In this document: one piece after another, positions 5,923 through 14,098 of the stretch | How positions within the stretch are numbered: position 1 is the stretch's first letter | Layout: every line of letters begins with the position of its first letter | The notes under the pieces: generated by a model | Databases searched by the model: none | What the model saw: only the letters and a program-made list of their open reading frames with translations | Told to the model about the DNA's origin: nothing | Made by a program: the position numbers and the translations under genes | IMG/VR virus record: IMGVR_UViG_3300009720_000014 | Length of the DNA stretch: 24,953 nt | Reading direction: 5' to 3' (one strand) | DNA from: a virus

Positions 5923-8415
5923 TTGAAAGCCAGATTTATATCCGAAGAATACGGAGATCTAAAAAATAAGAATCAGATAATTCAACAAATTTTATCTGAA
6001 GTCCATGAAGATTCTAGGGAGGAAGTCCTTAGAATGATAATGGAATTATCCAAGGATGAATTTGATGAGTGGGCAGCAAGTCTAGGATATAATAAAATAG
6101 GAAAATACTGGACCATGGCAGATGTCTATGGAGTCGACGAAGCCCAAAATTTTGAAAGGGGGATAGAACCTGCTAAATCTATGAATGTGGGTATGTCCAA
6201 AAGAATTTCAGAATTAATTGAAAATCTTTTAAAATACGAACAAATAGAAAAATCTGATAGGATTCTAGAAATTAGATTTTATCCAGATATAGTTAGCTTT
6301 GGATGTGATAGCGATGATTGGGATGAAAAAGAGGCAATAATTTATATAAGAGATCTTATAAAACAATTTGGCTTAGATCCATTTATAATTCTTTCCCCTG
6401 TAAAAGTTTTTCGTCCAATGGGGGTTATTGACTTTTTATTTGATCTAACAGAATTGGGAAAAAAAGTTTCTCCTATAAAAAGATTTTATATATTAAGCGG
6501 GGGAGAAGTTGAGTCTCAAAATAATGATCATACTTCCTTTCAAGCTTTATTTGGAGCAAAAAAATTGGAAGAAGCCTATCATTTTCAAAGGGGAAGAGAT
6601 CCAAAGAGATCTATTCAAATAGGACAACACTGGAATAAAACTAAATCCCAATTATCCGCAGAAATTGTTAAAAGAGTTGAAGATGAGTGTAAAAGCCTTG
6701 TAAAAGCAGTTAGTGATTTGGCTATTGCTAAAGGATATTCTTCATCATCTGATTATGTTTTTACAGCTTATCCCCCAGAAGGAGGAACAAAAGTTGATGA
6801 TGAAATAGAGGAAGCTATAAAACTTGTAGAAGATAAAGTTTCTGAGATAATGGAAGAATATCCTTTTGATACTTCTAAAGATGATCTAGCTTTAAATGAA
6901 CTTGTAAATTTCATGGTTGTTGGAGAGCCCCCATACGGAACTTTAAGAACTGAAATAGAAGCAGTTCTTGATAATAGTTTAAAAGAATCCAGGTTTGAAA
7001 GAGGTATCGATCCAAAAGAATCCATGAATATCGGGCAAAAAGGAATGAAACAGAGATTATTAGATATGCGTTATCCTGCCCTAAAAAATGCTTCATTATG
7101 GAAAAGAGATTGGGAGGATCTAGATACTTTATTTAATATTCCAGGAGTTAAGGTTCATTTTGTTGGGGATAAGGTAGAAGTAATAATGCCTCAATCAGTT
7201 CCCTTACATTTAAAATCCGCTCTTTTTCAATTACCTATTATGATTAATTTTGAAAAAGAAAAAATAAAGAAATTTGTTACAACTCAGGATGCAGCAGGTA
7301 ATACTTATGAAACTTTCAAAATATTAGAATCTGTTAATTTTGAAAGGGGATCAGATCCAAAAGAAATGATGGATATAGGAAGGGATAGAAGCGATGCCCC
7401 CGATGAACAAATATTTTTAAGAATGCATGAAGAGGCTTCTAAATCTCCTAATTTTCAACATGTTTCCGAGATAGATTGGAAAAATAAGGAGCCAATGTTT
7501 ACTATTAAATCCAAAAAAATAATTACAGTAAAAAGAACTTTTAGGGATTATGAAAATGAATTCAGGGAAGGATATGTAAATGAGCCAGAGCTATTTACAA
7601 TTTATTTAACTAAGGACCAAGGGATTACCATGTTTAATGATTTAACAGATGATGAATATGAGGATCTTACATTTAAAGAATTTCTTAGTATTACTAATTG
7701 CCGTAGTATAAAAGAATCAATAAATTTTGAGCGAGGAATTGATCCTAAAGATTCTATGAATATAGGAATTCCCGGTATTAGAGCTATGTCTAAAATGAAA
7801 CCTGGCATTATATATCGTACAGAGGACAAGCGATGGTATTATTATTTCTTCTTTAAAAATCCCCAGGATAATGAAGTTTATTATAGTTTTTCTTCAAGCC
7901 GAGAAAAAATTCATGCATATAGATTTCTAAGTAAACATAAACCAAATGATTTTCCTTTGGATTTAATACCAACAGGAAAACATTTTGATAAGTATTTGCC
8001 AAAGGTAACATTTGTAGATGAGTCCTTAAATTTTGAACGAGGAAAAGATGTTAAAAAATCTATGGATATAGGATTAGAACATAAATATGGCCGAATGTAT
8101 AATTTGTTCACTATTTGCCATAACTTATCTTTGAATTCCGATAGTTTTGAATGGGTATCCGATATTGTATGGAATCCAAATGATGCTGATAATCCTTATT
8201 TTAATATTGATTCTTTCTATTATTACACAGATGAAGATGAGAATAATATTACGGAAAAATTTGTTGTTAGACTATTTCCTAATTATCTAGAAGTTTATAA
8301 TGTAATTACAGAAGAGGAAGAAGAAGTAAGATCTGTTCGAAAATTCATAGAGATTACTTCTGCTTATGAGGAAGATACTGCTAGGGAATTAGGGGAATAC
8401 CTAAAGGATTTTTAA
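5923..8415 (+). CDS. 830-aa modular protein with six FERG motifs (candidate protease-processed polyprotein / internal head protein)
   Basis: Motif copies at 6133-6192, 6565-6624, 6979-7035, 7321-7380, 7708-7767 and 8014-8073, each preceded by [ILV]-x-E|[SA]; N-terminus MKARFISE. The confidence applies to the CDS; the function is inferred. Confidence 0.85.
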   Translation: MKARFISEEYGDLKNKNQIIQQILSEVHEDSREEVLRMIMELSKDEFDEWAASLGYNKIGKYWTMADVYGVDEAQNFERGIEPAKSMNVGMSKRISELIENLLKYEQIEKSDRILEIRFYPDIVSFGCDSDDWDEKEAIIYIRDLIKQFGLDPFIILSPVKVFRPMGVIDFLFDLTELGKKVSPIKRFYILSGGEVESQNNDHTSFQALFGAKKLEEAYHFQRGRDPKRSIQIGQHWNKTKSQLSAEIVKRVEDECKSLVKAVSDLAIAKGYSSSSDYVFTAYPPEGGTKVDDEIEEAIKLVEDKVSEIMEEYPFDTSKDDLALNELVNFMVVGEPPYGTLRTEIEAVLDNSLKESRFERGIDPKESMNIGQKGMKQRLLDMRYPALKNASLWKRDWEDLDTLFNIPGVKVHFVGDKVEVIMPQSVPLHLKSALFQLPIMINFEKEKIKKFVTTQDAAGNTYETFKILESVNFERGSDPKEMMDIGRDRSDAPDEQIFLRMHEEASKSPNFQHVSEIDWKNKEPMFTIKSKKIITVKRTFRDYENEFREGYVNEPELFTIYLTKDQGITMFNDLTDDEYEDLTFKEFLSITNCRSIKESINFERGIDPKDSMNIGIPGIRAMSKMKPGIIYRTEDKRWYYYFFFKNPQDNEVYYSFSSSREKIHAYRFLSKHKPNDFPLDLIPTGKHFDKYLPKVTFVDESLNFERGKDVKKSMDIGLEHKYGRMYNLFTICHNLSLNSDSFEWVSDIVWNPNDADNPYFNIDSFYYYTDEDENNITEKFVVRLFPNYLEVYNVITEEEEEVRSVRKFIEITSAYEEDTARELGEYLKDF

Positions 8416-8434
8416 AATAAATATCGAAACTTTA

Positions 8435-8444
8435 GATATATAAA
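8435..8444 (+). promoter_or_regulatory. RATAWATARA motif (candidate late promoter)
   Basis: GATATATAAA, 15 nt before ATG 8460. Confidence 0.5.
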
Positions 8445-8459
8445 ATAAAACTACATTAT

Positions 8460-9239
8460 ATGAAAGCTGGATCTTTTAACCTAAATGACTATCTACAGCG
8501 TCTTCACGAAGAAAAGGAAGCTACTTCCAAAGTTCCTGATGAAGGAATTATTATCCCTGAAGAAAACAAGAAGTCTTTTTCGTGGCTAAAAAAAGAATAC
8601 CAAAAAGGTAGGACCGAAGTTAAAGTCGAAATGAAATTGGGTGGTGCAAAATTTGAACCTGGGTATGAACTTCAAACTAACCTAAAAAGTGTTAAAGATT
8701 TTAAACCCGGAATGTTTGGTGATGTTAAAACTTCTGATACCGAAGGCAGTAAAAAGAAAGAAGAAGGACAGAAAGAAGAAGGAAAAGGCGGCGAAAAACC
8801 TGCTAAACAAGCTCCTAAAAAAAGTAATGGAGTAGCGGTTAAGGCTGTCGAAACTGAGGAAAAAGACGAAGAAAAGCCAGCTGACAAAAAGGAAGAAAAG
8901 AAAAAAGTAAATGAAGGATTTCAGGTTATAAAACCAGGAGAAGAAAATCTTGAGCCAGAAGCTTCAGTTTACTTAAGAAATCTTCCGATGACAAGGAAAC
9001 CAGCGGATATTGACGATCTTTATTATGCTAAGAAAATCAAAGTTGATCCTCAACTTGAAGCTATTTTAGATGTTCTTCCAGTAGTAGAATTTGATACTTA
9101 TGAAGATCTTTTAGGAAATTATACCGAGGAAATTCCAAGAACATTTTTCATTGCAAATGTTCTCGAAGAAGATGGAGTTAGTTTCCTTGTTGACCCAAGT
9201 GGATTTGAATATGCAAGATATATTGCAGAATTAATATAA
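8460..9239 (+). CDS. hypothetical protein with a charged low-complexity linker
   Basis: Long ORF with a K/E-rich centre; the C-terminal domain begins after V-N-E|G and ends FLVDPSGFEYARYIAELI. Confidence 0.8.
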   Translation: MKAGSFNLNDYLQRLHEEKEATSKVPDEGIIIPEENKKSFSWLKKEYQKGRTEVKVEMKLGGAKFEPGYELQTNLKSVKDFKPGMFGDVKTSDTEGSKKKEEGQKEEGKGGEKPAKQAPKKSNGVAVKAVETEEKDEEKPADKKEEKKKVNEGFQVIKPGEENLEPEASVYLRNLPMTRKPADIDDLYYAKKIKVDPQLEAILDVLPVVEFDTYEDLLGNYTEEIPRTFFIANVLEEDGVSFLVDPSGFEYARYIAELI

Positions 9240-9243
9240 AAAG

Positions 9244-9585
9244 ATGATAAACGACAAAGCTCTAGCCAACAGATTGAATGCCGTGAAAGGAGGAAAAGAT
9301 ATACCAAAATCAAAAGGTGAGGAAAATCCTCTTCAGGGTAAAGTGCCTGTGAATGAAACCCCGGAAGAACAAATTTTTGAATTAGGGGAAATTCCTTCTA
9401 TGCGTTCTATGATTTTATCTTCTGTTCTTAATTTAGGCGAGGTTGCTCTTATGTCGTTTTTCTATGGCTTTGGCCTTCAAACACTTCTCGAAAAAGATTG
9501 GAATATACTAGGAATATTGGGTGTAGGTCTTATTCTAAACCAGTTAATCTCTCTAATTTCTAGTTTAAAACTTTTCCGCCAATAA
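9244..9585 (+). CDS. hypothetical membrane protein
   Basis: Hydrophilic N-terminal half and two hydrophobic C-terminal segments; tightly packed between its neighbours. Confidence 0.75.
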   Translation: MINDKALANRLNAVKGGKDIPKSKGEENPLQGKVPVNETPEEQIFELGEIPSMRSMILSSVLNLGEVALMSFFYGFGLQTLLEKDWNILGILGVGLILNQLISLISSLKLFRQ

Positions 9586-9610
9586 GATCTATAATCTTTA
9601 AAACACACAA

Positions 9611-11023
9611 ATGTCTTATACAAGTAGTCTTCCTTATAAGGTGAAAGACATTTCTTTATCTGACTTTGGTCGCAAGGAGATCGAGATAGCAGAGAAAGAA
9701 ATGCCTGGATTAATGTCAATACGAAAAAAATACTCAAACTTAAAACCTCTTAAAGGAGCTCGTATTACTGGCTCCCTTCACATGACTATTCAAACAGCTG
9801 TTTTAATTGAAACATTAGTTGAATTAGGAGCTGAAGTAAGATGGGCCAGCTGCAATATATTTTCAACACAAGATCATGCCGCTGCTGCAATTGCCGCAAA
9901 AGGTATTCCGGTGTTTGCATGGAAAGGGGAAACATTAGAAGAATATTGGTGGTGCACTGCTCAAGCTCTTTGCTTCCCTAATGGCGAAGGACCCAATCTT
10001 ATAGTTGATGATGGCGGAGACGCTACTCTTATGATTCATAAAGGAGTTCAATTTGAATTTGATAAAGGTAGAAAAGTTCTTTCCGGGATGTCTCATGAAG
10101 AACGAGCTCTTTATGAAATGCTTGATGAAATCTATAAAAAAGATACATATTTCTGGTATAATTTATCTAGATTTGTTAAGGGGGTATCTGAAGAAACTAC
10201 CACTGGAGTTCATAGACTTTATCAGATGCTTGAAAAAGGAGAATTGCTTTTTCCTGCAATAAATGTCAATGACTCCGTAACTAAATCAAAATTTGATAAT
10301 CTTTACGGATGCCGAGAATCTCTCGCTGATGGAATAAAAAGAGCTACAGATGTAATGATTGCTGGAAAAGTAGTTGTTGTTTGCGGATATGGTGATGTTG
10401 GAAAAGGATGTGCAAAATCTATGAGAGCTTATGGAGCCAGGGTTATAGTTACTGAAATAGATCCTATCTGCGCTCTTCAAGCAGCTATGGAAGGTTTTGA
10501 AGTTAAAACCATCGAGGATTCTTTAGGAGAGGGAAACATCTACGTAACTACGACAGGAAATAAAGATGTTATTACTTTGGAGCATATGAAAGCCATGAAG
10601 GATCAATCAATTGTATGCAACATCGGGCATTTTGATAATGAAATCCAAGTGGATCGTCTTAATGCAGATCCTAATATTAAAAAAATCAATATTAAACCCC
10701 AAGTTGATAAGTATATTACATCTGAAGTTAAAGAAATTTTTCTTCTTGCGGAAGGACGTTTAGTTAATCTCGGGTGTGCTACAGGCCATCCATCATTTGT
10801 AATGAGTAATTCTTTTACCAATCAAACTTTAGCTCAAATTGAACTTTGGACTAAAAAATATAAAGTGGGGGTTTATCGTCTTCCAAAAGAATTGGACGAG
10901 GAGGTTGCAAGACTTCATTTGGAGCAAATTGGTGTAAAATTGACCAAATTATCTGAAGAACAAGCTGATTATATTGGAGTTCCTATAGAAGGACCATATA
11001 AACCGGATCATTATAGATATTAA
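9611..11023 (+). CDS. ahcY: adenosylhomocysteinase (S-adenosyl-L-homocysteine hydrolase)
   Basis: Canonical motifs [77 protein letters not shown] (NAD binding), GHFDNE and [21 protein letters not shown] are all present. Confidence 0.98.
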   Translation: MSYTSSLPYKVKDISLSDFGRKEIEIAEKEMPGLMSIRKKYSNLKPLKGARITGSLHMTIQTAVLIETLVELGAEVRWASCNIFSTQDHAAAAIAAKGIPVFAWKGETLEEYWWCTAQALCFPNGEGPNLIVDDGGDATLMIHKGVQFEFDKGRKVLSGMSHEERALYEMLDEIYKKDTYFWYNLSRFVKGVSEETTTGVHRLYQMLEKGELLFPAINVNDSVTKSKFDNLYGCRESLADGIKRATDVMIAGKVVVVCGYGDVGKGCAKSMRAYGARVIVTEIDPICALQAAMEGFEVKTIEDSLGEGNIYVTTTGNKDVITLEHMKAMKDQSIVCNIGHFDNEIQVDRLNADPNIKKINIKPQVDKYITSEVKEIFLLAEGRLVNLGCATGHPSFVMSNSFTNQTLAQIELWTKKYKVGVYRLPKELDEEVARLHLEQIGVKLTKLSEEQADYIGVPIEGPYKPDHYRY

Positions 11024-11112
11024 TTAAAACTTTTAGAATATAATGACATAAAAACACTATTAACGAATGGAGAAATCCAATTTATAGATCGATATAAGGA
11101 AAAATTTAAACA

Positions 11113-11832
11113 ATGGGAAAACTCATATCAGCAGAAGGCCTTGATGGTTCGGGAAAATCTACCCAATGCAATTTAATAAAAAAATATTTCGATAATCGTA
11201 AACTTTCCCATTCTTTTTTTCATTTCCCAATGTATGGGGATAATCAATTTAGTGATGTAATTGCTAAATTTCTTCGAGGAGAATTCGGAGGAATAAACGA
11301 AGTTTCCCCTTACTTTGTTGCAAATCTTTATGCAATGGATCGATATATGTTTCTCCCAACTCTTCAAATGGCATTGGACACAATGGACGTAGTCCTTTTG
11401 GATAGATATGTTTTTTCTAATTTAGCTTATCAGGGTGCAAAATATCCCAATGGATCTATTGCAAGTGATCAAGTAAAAAAATGGATCATGGACTTTGAAT
11501 TTGATTTTCTAAAACTTCCTTATCCTGATCTTAATATATTTTTTGATGTTCCTACCGAAATTACAGGGAAAAGATTAGAGGATCAAAGAGGGGATGATAA
11601 AGAATATTTACAGGGAAGGCAAAAAGATATTCATGAAGAAGATATGGAATTCCAAGAAAGGGTAAGGCAAAATTATCTTGGGGTTATGAGTACTTCTCCT
11701 AATTGCAAAATTGTTCCATGCACCTTACTTGTAGGAGATAAGAATTTTGTAATACCTGCAGATAAATTATTTGATGCTCATGTAAAACCCGTTTTAGATC
11801 ATGTTTTATTTGGGGACCAAAATTATGAGTAA
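11113..11832 (+). CDS. tmk: thymidylate (dTMP) kinase
   Basis: P-loop EGLDGSGKSTQ, LDRYVFSNLAYQ, PDL.IF.DVP and lid region DIHEED.EFQERVRQNY. Confidence 0.93.
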   Translation: MGKLISAEGLDGSGKSTQCNLIKKYFDNRKLSHSFFHFPMYGDNQFSDVIAKFLRGEFGGINEVSPYFVANLYAMDRYMFLPTLQMALDTMDVVLLDRYVFSNLAYQGAKYPNGSIASDQVKKWIMDFEFDFLKLPYPDLNIFFDVPTEITGKRLEDQRGDDKEYLQGRQKDIHEEDMEFQERVRQNYLGVMSTSPNCKIVPCTLLVGDKNFVIPADKLFDAHVKPVLDHVLFGDQNYE

Positions 11833-12055
11833 TATCAAATCACATATAAATGAAGTTGTTGTAAAAAAACTTCAAAAACAAAAAGCAGGATATACTCTTT
11901 TATTAACCCTTGCAGAAAAAAATGATGACTGGCTTATTAATGTTTATAAGTATAGAACAAAGTCTGGAGAAATCACTCATGAATGTATGATTCTAAAGCC
12001 AGAAATTGAAAGCTATTTGGGATATTATTTTAAAGAAGGATATATTGAAGTTTAA
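11825..12055 (+). CDS. hypothetical protein
   Basis: ORF from the track (11801); ATG 11825 (MSNIKSHINE...) overlaps the tmk stop and is the more likely start. Confidence 0.65.
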   Translation: MSNIKSHINEVVVKKLQKQKAGYTLLLTLAEKNDDWLINVYKYRTKSGEITHECMILKPEIESYLGYYFKEGYIEV

Positions 12056-12107
12056 CACAGGCTTAACTTTTTTTAGAAAAATTAACGCATTTCATACTGT
12101 ATATTTA
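12052..12107 (+). promoter_or_regulatory. second TTAAC-N6-TTAAC...GTATATTT(A) promoter-like element
   Basis: TTAAC at 12052 and 12063 and TATATTTA at 12100-12107; spacing is within 1 nt of the 4531-4587 element. Confidence 0.45.
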
Positions 12108-12118
12108 AGATAACAATT

Positions 12119-12128
12119 GATATATAAA
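12119..12128 (+). promoter_or_regulatory. RATAWATARA motif (candidate late promoter)
   Basis: GATATATAAA, 27 nt before ATG 12156. Confidence 0.45.
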
Positions 12129-12155
12129 AATAAATTATAAACCTTAACTCAAATT

Positions 12156-12458
12156 ATGGAAAATCAGAATCAGCCAGTTCAGCCTCAGCCAAAAGTTGAT
12201 GCAACACAGAAAGTCGAAACAAATGCTTACGTTCCTACTTATCGTTTGAAGCCCGAATTCAAACAGGCCGTTCTCAAGGCTATTGGACAGTATCCTTTTA
12301 ACCAGATTGCTGGAATTATGAATGCTATTCAGGTAGACGTGGTAGACCACAATACCTTTCAGCAGATCGTAAACGTATTGGGAAATTTCCCTTACCAGCA
12401 GGTTGCAGGAATACTCCAGAACGTTAACTCATACGTTGAACAGATAGTTGAGGATTAA
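12156..12458 (+). CDS. Gln-rich small protein with an internal duplication
   Basis: IGQYPFNQIAGIM / LGNFPYQQVAGIL repeat; noticeably more C/G-ending codons than its neighbours. Confidence 0.8.
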   Translation: MENQNQPVQPQPKVDATQKVETNAYVPTYRLKPEFKQAVLKAIGQYPFNQIAGIMNAIQVDVVDHNTFQQIVNVLGNFPYQQVAGILQNVNSYVEQIVED

Positions 12459-12507
12459 TTAAAATCCTCAACTTTAAATTTTTTTAATATAAAATAGTTG
12501 TGTTTTT

Positions 12508-13143
12508 ATGCATAGGGAAAACATTTCAATTCAAAATCTCGCTATAGATTTTTTGGAACAAAAAGACAATAGAACATTTTCATCATTAATTAAAAGATTA
12601 AAACCAGGATTAGTTTCTTTTGTCTATGGTTTTGTTCAGGATACAGATCTCTCCAGAGAAATTGTATCGAAAACTTTTATTGCGGTATGGGAAAAAATTG
12701 ACCAATATAATAAAGACTATAATTTTAGTACTTGGGTTTATGCCATTGCTAAAAACGAAGCTCTTGGTCAATTACGCCTAAAAAGTAAAACTTTATCCAG
12801 GGATAAACTTTCGGAAAACCATTCAAAACTTCTCAAAGTTTATACTCCTTTAACTTCCATTAATATAGAAGTTATCGGACCTACTGGGGAAAAGTTAACT
12901 TCAGAGCTCTATGAAAAAGTTCTCGAGGAAATTGAAAGCCTTGAAGAACCTTACAGGACAGTAATTTTCGAAAGAGAGATAAATAATAAAAGACTCCAAG
13001 ATATTGCTGTTGATCTTGATTGGAATCTTAATACTGTTAAGACCCGTTTGAGAAAAGCAAGAAAGGATGTTGCTGATCGTCTTAGAGAAAAACATCCCGG
13101 ACTTATTGAAGCTTATTATGATGAAAGCGAAGCAGAATTCTAA
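12508..13143 (+). CDS. ECF-type (sigma-70 family) RNA polymerase sigma factor
   Basis: Region 2 (D....IVSKTFIAVW..I..YN...NFSTWVYAIAKN) and region 4 HTH (LEEPYRTVIFEREINNKRLQDIAVDLDWNLNTVKTRLRKAR). Confidence 0.9.
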   Translation: MHRENISIQNLAIDFLEQKDNRTFSSLIKRLKPGLVSFVYGFVQDTDLSREIVSKTFIAVWEKIDQYNKDYNFSTWVYAIAKNEALGQLRLKSKTLSRDKLSENHSKLLKVYTPLTSINIEVIGPTGEKLTSELYEKVLEEIESLEEPYRTVIFEREINNKRLQDIAVDLDWNLNTVKTRLRKARKDVADRLREKHPGLIEAYYDESEAEF

Positions 13144-13639
13144 AAGATTTGTTAAACCCAAAACTCCCCTTTGGAAAAAAATTCCAATTATAGGAGTAAT
13201 TCGGGACATTTCTAATTATAGATCCTGGATTAGAACTATAAGACTGGAAGCTGAAAATCCAAATTCAAAGTTCAATGCTTTTAATTTGAATTTTAATTTC
13301 TTCTATGTTCTTTATGTTCCTGTTTCTTTATCCGAAGAAAATCTTAATTTACCCGAACATGTTAAGAGACTTCGTCTAATGGAAGCCTTATCTCCTATTC
13401 ATCAATACTTGGATATGGATCTTGGATTTGCTGGATCTATAGTTCCTGAATTTAATCAATTTTATGATGAAGAAGGAAATCCAACCTTGACTTATGGAAT
13501 TATCTATCGATTTGCTTTCGATACTCTTTCTCTTAAATGGGTAATTACCCGCTCTATTTTTACAGGTCTTGCAATTTGGGCTCTTGTAAAATGGCCTATT
13601 ATTAATTGGGCTATTGAGGGTATTAAAGGGCTCTTCTAA
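13118..13639 (+). CDS. hypothetical protein with a C-terminal TM segment
   Basis: ORF from the track (13067); ATG 13118/13121 overlaps the end of the sigma gene and is the more likely start; hydrophobic C-terminus. Confidence 0.7.
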   Translation: MMKAKQNSKRFVKPKTPLWKKIPIIGVIRDISNYRSWIRTIRLEAENPNSKFNAFNLNFNFFYVLYVPVSLSEENLNLPEHVKRLRLMEALSPIHQYLDMDLGFAGSIVPEFNQFYDEEGNPTLTYGIIYRFAFDTLSLKWVITRSIFTGLAIWALVKWPIINWAIEGIKGLF

Positions 13640-13695
13640 AATGTTCCAGGAACGCGTAGGAAGCTCGCTGCTTAATTATAATCTCGTTCTCATAT

Positions 13696-13744
13696 AAACC
13701 ATTATTCAAGAGGATCACCCCCTCAGATCTTCTTAAAATGGTTT
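13696..13744. other. long interrupted hairpin in the intergenic region
   Basis: AAACCATT/AATGGTTT outer stem and AAGAGGATC/GATCTTCTT inner stem closing the loop ACCCCCTCA. Confidence 0.55.
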
Positions 13745-13750
13745 AAAAAC

Positions 13751-13783
13751 AAAAAATCCTCCTAATTAGGGGGATTTTTTTTT
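13751..13783. terminator. bidirectional intrinsic terminator between the convergent blocks
   Basis: Near-perfect palindrome AAAAAATCCTCCTAA|TTAGGGGGATTTTTT with T-tracts on both strands; overlaps the stop of 13766-14098. Confidence 0.8.
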
Positions 13784-14098
13784 GCCAAATTTTATACCTT
13801 TTACAGGTCGTATAAAAACTGTTTCTTCAATATCTGGATTATCCTCCACATCTATTCCTAAGCGATCCATCATAGGTTTATACCTTGGCCAAGTTCTGAC
13901 AAATTCTATAAATCCATCTTTTTCATCGGAATTAAAAAATCCATCTTCATAAACATTTACAAATCCCAGATATTGAGGATCATTTGGATCCATTTGATAA
14001 TCGTTAGCAATGGATTCTAAAAACTTTTCTACCTTAGCATCAGTTCCAATTCCCATAGCTTTTTTAGGATTCTGCCCTCTTATGAATCTAGCTCTCAT
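13766..14098 (-). CDS. hypothetical protein with an N-terminal FERG-type motif
   Basis: Starts MRARFIRGQNPKKAMGIG, 15/18 identical to the start of 3769-4494; ATGA overlap with the upstream gene. Confidence 0.8.
   Translation of the reverse strand: MRARFIRGQNPKKAMGIGTDAKVEKFLESIANDYQMDPNDPQYLGFVNVYEDGFFNSDEKDGFIEFVRTWPRYKPMMDRLGIDVEDNPDIEETVFIRPVKGIKFGKKKSP

Noticed and set aside
5923-8415. FERG repeats as a CRISPR array or DNA recombination sites
   Set aside because: The copies are in frame, 300-430 nt apart, and differ mainly at synonymous positions; conservation is at the protein level.
11024-11176. Open frame directly after the ahcY stop (LKLLEYNDIKTLL...)
   Set aside because: It has no convincing start codon and overlaps the tmk start; there is no evidence for readthrough of the TAA.
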